A program made the translations under genes and the position numbers. From a virus (Duplodnaviria; Caudoviricetes), in IMG/VR virus record IMGVR_UViG_3300027851_000023, positions 1,331-65,330 of that record: a stretch of 64,000 nt of DNA, one strand, 5' to 3'. The notes beneath the pieces are model-generated. The model saw only the letters and a list, made by a program, of their open reading frames with translations, made no database searches and was not told the DNA's origin. Shown piece by piece: positions 44,051 through 54,093 of the stretch (positions are counted from its first letter, which is position 1; every line of letters begins with the position of its first letter).

Positions 44051-47000
44051 CCAGCGAGCGCCGCTTGGAAGGCACGCGGATTGGCGCGGACCACGTTCAG
44101 CAAGACCTTCTGGCCCACTTCGCTCTCCATGACGGCTTCAGCCAGGTCGTTGATGTCGAACAGATTGACCGCCTTGAAGTTGACGGGCCCGCCGCTCATG
44201 CCGCCGTTCGCGCGATGGCGCGGGTCGCCCGCATCCAGGACTTCTTCGCCCTTCTCGGCGATGATCGGCACTTCGTTCGGTGCGAGCCCGACGACACCGC
44301 CGCTGTGATAGCGGGTGGCATTGGCGAAGTGACCCGCCCAGACGGATTTGTAGCCGCCGCCAGATCCCGCAAGCCCGCCGTTGTGGCGAAACAGACCGTT
44401 TATCCAACCGGCGATCGCGCCACCTGCGCCGCCCTGGCCGCCGGATGCACCGCCACCCAGGGCATTCAGGATCGCCTGTCTGAGGATCATCTGTGCGATT
44501 TCGCGCAGGAAGTCGGCGGCGAACTGCAGGAAGGCGTCGCGCGCGCTTTCGAGCACATTCTTGCCTTCGGCGATGGCCTGCGAAAAACGATCAAACGCCT
44601 GGGCACCCCCGTTGGCGATGCTCTCGTTGATGGCCTTGCCGGTCGTGATGGCCGTCGTGTTGACGGCGTTCAGGCCGTTACGCACATTCTGCAAGCCCAG
44701 AATGGCAGCTGCCGCACCGGGGTTCGTCGCAGGATCAAGTGCCTGATAGAAGGCAAGCGCGGCATCGACCGCCTTCAGCAGTTCGGCGTTCACGCCTTCC
44801 AACTGGATTTGCAGTTCGCCCGCGATGCCGAGTTGACCCTGCTCCTGGAAGAAGGTGATCTGTTCCATCAGCGCTTGCTGTTGCGCCTGAAGGTTGCTGA
44901 CAGCGGCATCCGCCGCCTGCTGTGCAGCCTTCCGGGCGGTCTCGGCGGCGGTGACGTCGTAGATCAGACCCAGGACGTGCGCGAGTTCGCGACCGTAATC
45001 ACTCTCGGCCGAGATGTTGGCCTCTGCCAGTCCGGCAGTGATGAACTCCTGGCGGGTCTGCTCGACACCCTGGGCGCGCAGCAGTTCGGTGTTCCGTTCG
45101 AGGATCGCACTTCGTCCACGCTCGGCCTCCTGTGCGTCGTAGAGCGCGCCCGTCGATGAGACGATCGCCTCGCGCTGAGCGTCGCTGAGGATGACGTTAT
45201 CTTCCAGAGCCTGGGTCTCGGCCTGACGCAAGGCCAGAGCGATGACTTGCTCGCGCTGTGTCCGGCCCATCTGGGCCAGTTCGAACTCGCGCTGACTGAT
45301 GCCGGTCGCGATCTCGGCGTTGTATTCCTCCTGGGCCCGACGCTGGTCGGCCAGGATGTCTGCAACCTGCTGCTGCGCCTCGACGGCTGTCTCGGACACG
45401 CCCATCTTCGACGCGGACCAGTCAATCACCTGACCCGCAGTCTGGCCGCGGCCCAGCACTTCAGGGTTGGCGCGAACCGATGCAGGACTGACGATGTCGG
45501 TGATCGGCGTCCCGCGATCCGCCTGCAAGACCTTGATGGCGTCAGACGGGCCGAGGAAATGCGCCAGATATTTGTTCGTGTCGGTTGCGGCGAATCCGGC
45601 GCGTGCCAGCATGGCGGCGTTTTCTTCGGTCAACAGTTCGGTCATACGGCGATTCATCTCTGGATCGCTTCGGAGGCTCAAGATGGCCGCCCGCGTCATT
45701 CCCGAAGCCATTTCAGGGAAGTGGCGGCGGAACAGGACCAGCCAGGTCTCTTCGATGAATTGGCTTCCGCCGACGGCCGATGAGCGCGCTCGACCGCTGA
45801 CAGGGTCGATTGGGCGGGCCGTGTTGCGACCTTGCACCGGGCTTTCGGCACCCATCAGATTATCGATGTAAGAACCGCTCGATCCGCGCGAGTTTTCACG
45901 AATAAACGCCTCGCGGGCCGCTTTCCAAACCCGCGTCGCTTCGTTCATCAATGCGATGCTTTCCGCCGTCCCTTCGCCAGCGTTCTCCAGCGCCTTGCGA
46001 TAGGCGTCGTCGATTTCCTTCAGTCCCGCTTCGAAGTCCAGTTGGACCTTGAGATCAGGAACGCTTTCGGACAACTTCTTCAGCGCGGCCGTATAGGCAT
46101 CGATCGCTGATGTATCGGCCGCTGCGTTCACGCCATCCAGGGCGTTTTCCAGACCCAGCAGTTGACGATCAGCGGCGGTCGCCGTGCCGCCGAGCGCGCG
46201 CATGGCCGCGTCGTTTTCCTTCAGGCTCTGCTCGGACTTCTCGCCCTCACGGACGATGTCCAGCAACTGCTTGGCATAACGGTCGAGTCGCGGGTCCGTA
46301 TTCGCCAGGCGTTCCGTTTCCTTGCGGAAGTCGGCCAGGCTCATTTCGCCTTTCTGCACTTTCGCCGCGAGATCCAGGAAGGCCACGATCGCCGCCTGCA
46401 GGTCCGGCTTGAACGACAGCAGGGGATCGTCCGTCCAGTCCGAAACCGTCGCACCGATACGTCGCTTGGAATCGGCGAGGCTCTTTTCCAGATCGTCCGC
46501 ATTGACGCGAAGTTCGACCAGGCTGAGATCCTTGAGTTCGTCGGCCCAGTCCTTCACGTTGCCGGAGGCAGCCGTGTAGCCCTCGCGCACACGCCCCATC
46601 ATTCGGTCGTGATCGGCCAGTGCAGCATTGGCCTTGTCCGCCGAAGTCAGCCATTTGCCGACCAGGGACGTGACGATGAACGTCAGGCCGGTGATCAGAA
46701 CGCCAGGCAGACCACCGATAGCAGCCCACATGGTGCGCGCCGCTGCGGCCAAGGCGATCATGCCGCCACGAAGGCTGACCATGACGCCGGTCAGCCCCAT
46801 CAACGAACTGCGGACGACGCCCGACGACGTGCCGGCGAGGATTTGCATCGACAGGGTGAGCCCGAGCACGTCGGTGCGCGCCTTGGCCGTGGCGAGGCTC
46901 AGACCGCCCATGCCGCCGATCAGCGACATGATCACCTGACCGACCTTCAGGGCGGCGAAGACCTGGAACAGCAGGACGAACTTGTCGATGTTCTGGATGA

Positions 47001-48987
47001 CCTGGGGTAGGATGCCGACCAGTTTGCCGAGCGCCGCGCCGATATCTTCGAAGAACTTGATGCCGTCTTCGCTGACGAACCAGGCGTTCATCTCCTTCAG
47101 CGATCCATTGAAGCCGTCGATGAAGCCACCCTGGGCGACCCGAAGTTGCGCCTGCTCGAGGTTGTTCGAGAAGCGACCCATTTCGGCCGAGACGGATTGA
47201 AGCGATCCGGCCAGTTGCGGGCCGAAGCGCTCATTCAGTTCATCGGCGAAGGCGACGATCGTCGAGCGATTGGCCACGACCTCGCCGGCCTCGAGCATCT
47301 TGTCCAGTTCGGCCGTCGTGACGCCGAGCGCCGCGGCGAAGATCGTGAAGGCACCCGACATGCGGTCGCCGATCTGTCCGCGCAGTTCTTCGGCCTGGAC
47401 CTTGCCCTTCGACATGATCTGGGTCAGCGCCTTGAACAGGCCCCCCATGTCTTCCTGGCTGACTTTCATCACGCGACCGGCCTCGGCCATGGCCATGAAG
47501 GTTCGGCGCGTGTCCTCGATCGTGAAGTTGGCGGCCTGGGCGGCGAAGGCGAACTTGCCGTATTCGTCCGAGAGCACCGAGAACTGGACGCCCAGTCGCA
47601 TCGCCTCGCCGCGAAGCCAGGCAATCTCGCCCGCGACGCGCGCCGTGTTCTGGGCGAAGACGACACCCAGTCGGGACTGCGTCGCCTCCAACTGGGTGTA
47701 GGTGTTGATGACGCTGATGATCCCGCCGATCGCGGCGTACAGACCGACGTATCCGGCGGCCAGGGACAGCACTTCACCGCGCAGCCGCTGGAACAGGTTC
47801 ATCGCCTGCCGCGACTCGCCGTAGATCGCCTTGAACGAGTCGCGCAGACGGAAACCCTGGCCCGCTGCCTGCTGCATGGCGGCACCGGACGTCGATGTCA
47901 CCGGAACGAACTGGCGCACGCCTGCCGTCGCCTGCTGTGTGACGACGTTGGCCTGACGCTGAGCGGCGACGTACTGGCCCAGGTTACCGCGCAGCTGGTT
48001 CAGAGCCGCACCCTGGGCCAGATACTCCTGCTTCGCCGCACGCGATGCTGCCTGTGCGAGCAGGAAGGCCGTCTGTTGCTCGCGCGTCGGGGCTTCGGTG
48101 CTGCGGATCGCCGTGGCGAGTTTGTTGGCCTCGGCCTGGGCCTCACGCCACGCCACCTTTGCCGCATCCACGGCGGCGATCTGCTGACGGTAGGCACTGG
48201 TCACGCCCGCCGCACTGGTCGGCGACGCCACGGCTGTCGAGCCGCCTGCCTGCCGGCCGAGAGCCGCGTTCAGCCGTTCGATATCACCGGCAGCGCGCGC
48301 AGATGCGGCAGCAACGGCCGCCTGCGTCGCTTCGACACCGCCGAGGGCTGCCGACGCCTTGTTGGCGAGCCCGGCGATCTGACTGAGTTCTTCGTTGGCA
48401 CCGGCCAGGGCGACGCGGCTCTCATCGGCGGCGTCGGCTGCGGCCGACAGTTGTGACCGCAGCAGTCCTTCGTTTCGCTCGGCAGCCTTCAGCGCCACAT
48501 TGGCTTCGTTCAGCGAGACCTTGAGCGCGTCACGACTGGCGCGGGCGGCGTCCGTCGCCGTCTTGTCCTTGCGCTGCTCTGCGGTGAGCGCGGCCACGGC
48601 GGCGCGCTGCTTGTCGTATGCTGCTTTCGCGGCTTCGGTGGCGGCCCGCGCATCGGCGGCGGATTTGGACGCCTTCTCAAGCGACGCACTCAGTTTCTCC
48701 TGATCCTGAGCGGCGCGGGCGGCGGCGGCATCCAGTCGGCCGACAGCGGCAGCGGCCTTGTCCAGTTGCCCGGCGACCTTGTTCAGGGCCGCGAGACCAC
48801 GAGCTTCGCGATCCAGGGCCGCGAGTTCATTCTTGAGTTTGCCCAGGAGACCGTCGGTCTTTGCGGCAGACTGGCCGACATCCTTTTGGACATCGGCCAG
48901 TTCGCGCAGGGCGTTCGCGACAGAGTCAACCGCCTTCGTGGCCTGCTCTTTGGCCTTGATGACGAGGTTGACGTCGCGATTAGCCAT
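44047..48987 (-). CDS. Tape measure protein with a lytic-transglycosylase-like domain
   Basis: 1646 aa, Ala-rich; ALTQIMSKGKVQAEELRGQIGDR; AES...SSAVGGSQFIEETW...YLAHFLG. Confidence 0.92.
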   Translation of the reverse strand: MANRDVNLVIKAKEQATKAVDSVANALRELADVQKDVGQSAAKTDGLLGKLKNELAALDREARGLAALNKVAGQLDKAAAAVGRLDAAAARAAQDQEKLSASLEKASKSAADARAATEAAKAAYDKQRAAVAALTAEQRKDKTATDAARASRDALKVSLNEANVALKAAERNEGLLRSQLSAAADAADESRVALAGANEELSQIAGLANKASAALGGVEATQAAVAAASARAAGDIERLNAALGRQAGGSTAVASPTSAAGVTSAYRQQIAAVDAAKVAWREAQAEANKLATAIRSTEAPTREQQTAFLLAQAASRAAKQEYLAQGAALNQLRGNLGQYVAAQRQANVVTQQATAGVRQFVPVTSTSGAAMQQAAGQGFRLRDSFKAIYGESRQAMNLFQRLRGEVLSLAAGYVGLYAAIGGIISVINTYTQLEATQSRLGVVFAQNTARVAGEIAWLRGEAMRLGVQFSVLSDEYGKFAFAAQAANFTIEDTRRTFMAMAEAGRVMKVSQEDMGGLFKALTQIMSKGKVQAEELRGQIGDRMSGAFTIFAAALGVTTAELDKMLEAGEVVANRSTIVAFADELNERFGPQLAGSLQSVSAEMGRFSNNLEQAQLRVAQGGFIDGFNGSLKEMNAWFVSEDGIKFFEDIGAALGKLVGILPQVIQNIDKFVLLFQVFAALKVGQVIMSLIGGMGGLSLATAKARTDVLGLTLSMQILAGTSSGVVRSSLMGLTGVMVSLRGGMIALAAAARTMWAAIGGLPGVLITGLTFIVTSLVGKWLTSADKANAALADHDRMMGRVREGYTAASGNVKDWADELKDLSLVELRVNADDLEKSLADSKRRIGATVSDWTDDPLLSFKPDLQAAIVAFLDLAAKVQKGEMSLADFRKETERLANTDPRLDRYAKQLLDIVREGEKSEQSLKENDAAMRALGGTATAADRQLLGLENALDGVNAAADTSAIDAYTAALKKLSESVPDLKVQLDFEAGLKEIDDAYRKALENAGEGTAESIALMNEATRVWKAAREAFIRENSRGSSGSYIDNLMGAESPVQGRNTARPIDPVSGRARSSAVGGSQFIEETWLVLFRRHFPEMASGMTRAAILSLRSDPEMNRRMTELLTEENAAMLARAGFAATDTNKYLAHFLGPSDAIKVLQADRGTPITDIVSPASVRANPEVLGRGQTAGQVIDWSASKMGVSETAVEAQQQVADILADQRRAQEEYNAEIATGISQREFELAQMGRTQREQVIALALRQAETQALEDNVILSDAQREAIVSSTGALYDAQEAERGRSAILERNTELLRAQGVEQTRQEFITAGLAEANISAESDYGRELAHVLGLIYDVTAAETARKAAQQAADAAVSNLQAQQQALMEQITFFQEQGQLGIAGELQIQLEGVNAELLKAVDAALAFYQALDPATNPGAAAAILGLQNVRNGLNAVNTTAITTGKAINESIANGGAQAFDRFSQAIAEGKNVLESARDAFLQFAADFLREIAQMILRQAILNALGGGASGGQGGAGGAIAGWINGLFRHNGGLAGSGGGYKSVWAGHFANATRYHSGGVVGLAPNEVPIIAEKGEEVLDAGDPRHRANGGMSGGPVNFKAVNLFDINDLAEAVMESEVGQKVLLNVVRANPRAFQAALAG

Positions 48988-49288
48988 CCGAGAGATCCTT
49001 CATCGTCCTGTCGAAATCACTCGACGCCTTCTTGCTCAGCACTGCCGAGACCGCCTTGTTCACGAGTTTCGCCTGTAGGGCCTGCAGGGCGTTGACCCGC
49101 TCGACCACGAGAGACGCTTCCTCCCAAACACGGCGCAGGGGATAGAACTGCGCGTGGGGGTGGCCGTGATCCAGGAGAAGGCTCACCTGGCGACGCACCC
49201 CCCAAATCCACTCGTCTAGGCTTTGAGGCCCCTGAGCAGACTTGTTGCGCCTCCGACTGCGCTTAGGACGATCTCGAGCACTTTTCCC
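48980..49288 (-). CDS. Tail assembly chaperone frameshift extension (gpT-like)
   Basis: The -1 frame is open from slippery G GGA AAA (49288-49282) through LDEWIWGVRRQVSLLLDHGH to 48980. Confidence 0.7.
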   Translation of the reverse strand, partial: GKSARDRPKRSRRRNKSAQGPQSLDEWIWGVRRQVSLLLDHGHPHAQFYPLRRVWEEASLVVERVNALQALQAKLVNKAVSAVLSKKASSDFDRTMKDLSDG

Positions 49289-49650
49289 GCGCCGCCCTCG
49301 GCCGCGAACGTCAGTTCGGCGACCTTTTCGAGCAGCACGAGTTGGGTGGACGCCGGAATCTTGAGGGCGGGCCCCACGTTTTCCGGCGGTTCGTCCGACG
49401 CGACGACCAGAATATCGGCAGCCACTTCGGGAAGGGCCGAGAGCAGACCTGCACCAATGGCGCCGGCTGCCGAGAGATCCTGGTCAGTGTTGCCGGACAG
49501 GTCGGCGAAGGCGGCCGTGATCGGAGCCTTGTGGCGTTCGATCAGGCCCATGATGTCCACCAGGTTCAGGCCCCGGACGGCGTGTTTGCCGCCCGGAACC
49601 GGAACCTCGACCTTGGACGCGAATGCGATGTCGGCGAGTGCCATCGTCAA
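49216..49650 (-). CDS. Tail assembly chaperone (gpG-like)
   Basis: VRGL.L.DI motif; between tail tube and tape measure genes. Confidence 0.8.
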   Translation of the reverse strand: MTMALADIAFASKVEVPVPGGKHAVRGLNLVDIMGLIERHKAPITAAFADLSGNTDQDLSAAGAIGAGLLSALPEVAADILVVASDEPPENVGPALKIPASTQLVLLEKVAELTFAAEGGAGKVLEIVLSAVGGATSLLRGLKA

Positions 49651-49658
49651 TCGCCCCC

Positions 49659-50435
49659 TTAAACCGTGGACGCCTGGCCATCCGCATACACGGGGGCCAG
49701 ATCACCCTTCTTCAGGACTTCGATGCTGAACGGCAGGGTCAGCCAGTCGTCCGCCTTCAGGGCGAAGTCGCCGTTCGGGGTCAGTTTCACCCAGGGCATG
49801 AAATAGTCGGTCTTGGGTCCGACCGGGTTGAACGACTTGAAGTGCAGCGCACCCTCGATCGTCTTGTTGCCCGAGATGACCTGTTTCCGGGTCGACGCCG
49901 CCACGTTGTAGGTGATCGTGGCAGGATCGCCGGCCTCGATCGTGCCGCCTTCCAGGAAGGTCACGGTGCCGTATTCCGCGTCGATGACGTAGTCGACACC
50001 CGCCACATAGGTGACCGGCGTGCCGCCTGCGCCGTCGGTCACGACCACGGAGGCGATCTTGCGATGACCGGTCGGACGATTAGCCGTCACGCCCAACTGA
50101 TAGGTACCAAACGCGATTGCGGCGACGGTGTCGACGACGGCAGTGGCCGACGTCACGGCCAGGCTGGACGACGTGCCCAGGAAGAACAGGGCGACGTTCT
50201 CGTAGTCGATGTTGTCGGTGACGACGGTGCCGGACTGCATGAACGACGTCTGGACGGAATCGTCCTTGAACCGAACGCCGTGGTCGGCGTCCATGTGTTC
50301 CAGCACTTCGCTTTCCGAGGTCAGGGTGAACTCGGGCGTGTTGCCGATATAGCGACGCGCGGTCGGCGTCTGGGTGTTGGCGAGGAACGGAGCGAAGGAA
50401 ACTTCCCCCGAACCGTAAGTGTGCTGCTTGATCAT
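49659..50435 (-). CDS. Major tail tube protein
   Basis: RYIGNTPEF, DNI..ENVALFFLG, V.LTPNGDFALK.DDW. Confidence 0.85.
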   Translation of the reverse strand: MIKQHTYGSGEVSFAPFLANTQTPTARRYIGNTPEFTLTSESEVLEHMDADHGVRFKDDSVQTSFMQSGTVVTDNIDYENVALFFLGTSSSLAVTSATAVVDTVAAIAFGTYQLGVTANRPTGHRKIASVVVTDGAGGTPVTYVAGVDYVIDAEYGTVTFLEGGTIEAGDPATITYNVAASTRKQVISGNKTIEGALHFKSFNPVGPKTDYFMPWVKLTPNGDFALKADDWLTLPFSIEVLKKGDLAPVYADGQASTV

Positions 50436-50483
50436 CTTCGTCCACTCCTTGAGGGGGTTTTCACTTCTAACGTGAGAATGTCG

Positions 50484-51035
50484 TCAAGCAAAGGGCTGTT
50501 CGACATCCTCGGCCAGGGTCAGGGTCAAGGTGAACCAGAAGAACGCCTTGTCCGAGTTGACTCCGTCCGCGGGACGCACGACCGGCGAGCCGATCGCGAG
50601 TTTGGTGACGCAGGGCATGGTGCTGCCGAGACCGAGAATATTCGGTTCCCGCCCGTTGCTGCCGCCCTTGCGTTTGCCTTCCTTGGCGAGACATTTGATG
50701 ACGTCGGCCACCAGCATGTCTGCGTTGTCGGTCGGGTCTTCAAAATCGTCATCGGCGAAGCCCTGAATGAGCAGATCCCATTCGCCGACCCGCTGCGAGT
50801 CGTGGTCCGGTGCCAGCAGCGCGTCGAGCGCACGAGGATGTTCGAGGATACTGACCATCGGGATCGGGTCATTGTCGCCGAACTGCAGCCGGCCACGGAA
50901 GACCCGCCTCTGCGCCTTGCCGCTCGTTTTGGTGAAATCCGCCAGGTCCGCCACATACCCATTGGCGGGTGTCACGGTCTTGATCGCCGCGGTGAGCGCC
51001 TTCTTGACGCGCAGGCGAAAAGGTTCGTCGGCCAT
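50484..51035 (-). CDS. Tail terminator-like protein
   Basis: ANGY..DL, VFRGR..FG..DP.P..SILE, DD...PTD.A. Confidence 0.7.
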   Translation of the reverse strand: MADEPFRLRVKKALTAAIKTVTPANGYVADLADFTKTSGKAQRRVFRGRLQFGDNDPIPMVSILEHPRALDALLAPDHDSQRVGEWDLLIQGFADDDFEDPTDNADMLVADVIKCLAKEGKRKGGSNGREPNILGLGSTMPCVTKLAIGSPVVRPADGVNSDKAFFWFTLTLTLAEDVEQPFA

Positions 51036-51625
51036 CAGTTCAGGCTCCCCAGGTCCAGCAGACGGTTGAACTCGCGCTCGAGAAAGTCAGCCATCGGCTC
51101 GGCGACGTCCTCGGCAACCGAACGAAACACCTGGTCGACACTCGGCCCGTACAGAAGGTAGAGGTTTTCGCTCAGCTTCTTCGGCTTGTAGGCACCCTTT
51201 GGGGGGCCGCCTGATGTGCGGATCGCGAGCCCGGTGTTGCCGTTTTTCAGTTTGAACGTGAATGTTCGGCTCATGTAGCGAGCCACGCCCGGCTTCACTT
51301 CGACCCGCACGCCCTTGCCTTTCTGGCCGCCAGTGATGAACCGGGCCAGAGATGTCGCTTCACCCCGGCCACGGATCACGGCTTCAAGATCATCCGCACT
51401 GGCCTTCTTCACGATCGACAGCCGTCCATCGGCCGACGACAGGTATCGAGCGGGGAAGTTGACCTGACCGCGCATCTCTCGCGCTGACGCGGTGCGGGCT
51501 CGCTCGCTTGTTCGGTTCACGGCGCGTGCAGCGGCAATGCGGATATTTGCCGGTATGGATTCGATGTCGCTGATCACGGACTGAAGCCCGCCCGACACCG
51601 ACAGGAACACGAAGGAATCGGCCAT
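51035..51625 (-). CDS. Minor tail / neck protein (gpZ-like)
   Basis: AARAVNRT, TSLARF, LYGPSVDQVF. Confidence 0.75.
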   Translation of the reverse strand: MADSFVFLSVSGGLQSVISDIESIPANIRIAAARAVNRTSERARTASAREMRGQVNFPARYLSSADGRLSIVKKASADDLEAVIRGRGEATSLARFITGGQKGKGVRVEVKPGVARYMSRTFTFKLKNGNTGLAIRTSGGPPKGAYKPKKLSENLYLLYGPSVDQVFRSVAEDVAEPMADFLEREFNRLLDLGSLN

Positions 51626-52053
51626 CAGATGACCCCCGTCAGAATGTCGGCGTAGGTCGGATTGACGGCCGGGGTCGCCGCAGCCTTCAGCGCGGCGAAA
51701 TCGAATGTCCGGGTCTTCTCCTGCGTCATCGCCGTGACCTGGGCGAAGACGAACTCATCGTCAGCCGGGTCGCTCTCGCCCACGCGATAGCCTTCCTCGA
51801 CAGTCAGCAGCAGCACTGCCCCTGTCTCGGGCATATCGATTTCCTTGCGATCAAAGCGAACACGCGGTCGCTGATCCAGCATGGCGGCGAGTCCGTTCTC
51901 GCCCTCGATCTCACCCTTTGCGAAGGTGACGTGCGGGCGGATGTTGACCAGCAGGGGGGCGCTCGTAGGCGTCAGAAGGTAGAGCGCCGGGACAAGCATC
52001 GTACGATGCACATCCCGGCGCATGGCGCGCTTGATGTCACGCCAGCTGCCCAT
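51625..52053 (-). CDS. Head-tail joining protein
   Basis: R..K...RRDVH.TM.VPALY motif; position. Confidence 0.65.
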   Translation of the reverse strand: MGSWRDIKRAMRRDVHRTMLVPALYLLTPTSAPLLVNIRPHVTFAKGEIEGENGLAAMLDQRPRVRFDRKEIDMPETGAVLLLTVEEGYRVGESDPADDEFVFAQVTAMTQEKTRTFDFAALKAAATPAVNPTYADILTGVI

Positions 52054-52457
52054 TACTCGGACAGGGCCTTGCGCTGCTCGACGATCCAGCCTTCGGCGGC
52101 ATCCTTGCTGTCGAAGCCGCCCTGGACCAGGACTTCGCCGTTGACGACGTCGAACTTGCCCGCGCCGCGGTGCTTGGGTGCGAAGGCGGCGAGTTCTTCC
52201 ACCGAATAGCGGGACGTGCGAACGCCGCCCTGGCCGACGCCGGGACCACCTGCGGCAGGCGGGGTGACCGGCTCACGATCATCCTTGCCGGCCTTGCGCA
52301 CGGCACGCAGGCCCTCGGGGCCCAGTTCGGCGAACTGTTCGACACGCATCTTGAACGGCGCGTCGGCCGAGGTCTTCACTTCCTCGGGCTTCTCGGGGTC
52401 GGGAGAGTGGTGAACGGTGTGGTTGCCCAGCACCTTCACGGTGACGAAATCAGACAT
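52053..52457 (-). CDS. Hypothetical virion-associated protein
   Basis: Position; HRGAGKFDVV motif. Confidence 0.6.
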   Translation of the reverse strand: MSDFVTVKVLGNHTVHHSPDPEKPEEVKTSADAPFKMRVEQFAELGPEGLRAVRKAGKDDREPVTPPAAGGPGVGQGGVRTSRYSVEELAAFAPKHRGAGKFDVVNGEVLVQGGFDSKDAAEGWIVEQRKALSE

Positions 52458-52519
52458 CGCGTGAGTCCCTGTTCAGAACGTGAAAGTCCGGGCGACCGAC
52501 TGGCCGCCCGGTTGCAGGC

Positions 52520-52912
52520 TTACGCCAGCAGGTCGTTTTCGCCGCTTCCGGGCTTCGCCAGGCGGGCCGCGCGGATGGCCTTGACGATCTCGGCCTTGGT
52601 CTTGGCCTCGCCCAGGTCGATCGTCTCGTCTTCGGCCAGGGTCTTCAGTTGCGACACGGTCATGTCAGGCAGACCGTCGCCGGGCGGCAGTTGGCCGACG
52701 TCTTCGTCCTCAGCCGCCGTGTCGGGCGCCAGATCCTTCTTGGTCGCGACGCGGATGGCGCGACGATCAATCAAGCGCTGCTCCTGCGCCTCGGTGTAGT
52801 CGGCGGTGAAAACGCCCTTCGTCTTCTTGTCGTTGGGACGGGCGAAGACGCGCTCGCCGGCATTGTTCCGATAATCGACGGTGGCGAGGGCCACATACTT
52901 CTTGCGAGCCAT
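52520..52912 (-). CDS. Hypothetical protein with HeH/Rho-N-like C-terminus
   Basis: MTVSQLKTLA....IDL....TKAEIV; AAGGA RBS; ends GENDLLA. Confidence 0.7.
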   Translation of the reverse strand: MARKKYVALATVDYRNNAGERVFARPNDKKTKGVFTADYTEAQEQRLIDRRAIRVATKKDLAPDTAAEDEDVGQLPPGDGLPDMTVSQLKTLAEDETIDLGEAKTKAEIVKAIRAARLAKPGSGENDLLA

Positions 52913-52941
52913 GCTCGGTATCCTTCTGGTGCGGTGAAAAC

Positions 52942-52973
52942 AAAAGTGGCGGCGACCCCGTAGAGCCGCCGCC
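52942..52973 (-). terminator. Intrinsic terminator after the major capsid gene
   Basis: GGCGGCTCT-AC-GGGGTCGCCGCC hairpin followed by ACTTTTGTTTT. Confidence 0.7.
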
Positions 52974-52977
52974 GGGC

Positions 52978-54054
52978 TTATTCGTCGTCGAGGACGGTGG
53001 CCTTGAAGGTGCAGTTGGGGCGCAGCGGGATCGGCAGCGGCGACGACTGGTGCATCAGGTAGATGACCGAGGGGTCGGGGTTCGGCCACATCTTGGGGAA
53101 GATGTCGATCGCCGTGGCTTCGTCCATCGCATCGACGTCGTAGATCGCACCATAGGCACGAACGCCGCGGGCACCCGGCGCGACCAGAAGGATGTCCTTC
53201 GGATCGAGCAGGTCGACCATCACGCCGTTGTCGTTCTCGACTTCATCCTTGTAGACGAAGACCTCGATCCCGGCACCGACGGTGCCCAGGCGGGTGATCG
53301 GCTCATCGTAGCGGATGATGCCGGTCTGGACGTTCACCTGGTTCCCGCGAACCGTGGTGTCCATCTCGGCGATGACTTGCTTGTTCTTGTTGAAGAACGG
53401 AGCGACCTCGGCACCGAGCCACAGTTGCGACGGGAAACCGCCGCGCGTCGCCAGGCGCATCGTGTTCGCCCAGGTCTGAATGTCGTCCAGAATCGGGTGA
53501 TCCGGGTCCGACCAGAACGCGGCCGACAGCACGACGGTGTGGCCGGCGTCACGACCGAAGTCCAGGATGACTTCGGGGTTCGGCTGACCCTGATCGCGAT
53601 CGTATTTGATCGTGACCCGACCGTCGATGAATCCACGCGCGGCCATCCACGCCTCGGTCATCTTGATCGCACGCAGATGGAAGGCCATGACCTCGGCCAC
53701 GCGCAGGTTGAACCGCTCCTGCAGCGTCAGGGGCGCACGGCGCAGGATTTCGCTCGGACGCGGGGTCCGGGCATCCTGCGGACGAACAGCGTCCTTCGGC
53801 TTGATGTAGGGCGGGGTGATCGACTTCACCTTCTCGGCCTTGGCCTTGAAGATCGGCTTGCCCTGCTCGCTGGGCAGCACGAAGGGTGCCATGACGCGAT
53901 AGGCGTCCGGCAGTTCGGAGATCAGGATTTCCTGATCGTTCGAGAAGAAGGTCTCGGTGAAGAACGTGTCGAGAATGTACGACGGAATCGGGTCCATCCG
54001 ATCGTCGGTCAGGGTCTCGTACAGTTCGCCCGAAGTCCAGAGTTCGAGTGCCAT
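52978..54054 (-). CDS. Major capsid protein (lambda gpE-like)
   Basis: MAPFVLP, PPYIKPK, EAWMAA, DFGRDA, YGAI.D, QSSPLP. Confidence 0.9.
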   Translation of the reverse strand: MALELWTSGELYETLTDDRMDPIPSYILDTFFTETFFSNDQEILISELPDAYRVMAPFVLPSEQGKPIFKAKAEKVKSITPPYIKPKDAVRPQDARTPRPSEILRRAPLTLQERFNLRVAEVMAFHLRAIKMTEAWMAARGFIDGRVTIKYDRDQGQPNPEVILDFGRDAGHTVVLSAAFWSDPDHPILDDIQTWANTMRLATRGGFPSQLWLGAEVAPFFNKNKQVIAEMDTTVRGNQVNVQTGIIRYDEPITRLGTVGAGIEVFVYKDEVENDNGVMVDLLDPKDILLVAPGARGVRAYGAIYDVDAMDEATAIDIFPKMWPNPDPSVIYLMHQSSPLPIPLRPNCTFKATVLDDE

Positions 54055-54093
54055 GATGTGTTTATCCCATCAAAAGTGAAAGATTGGCGCGGC

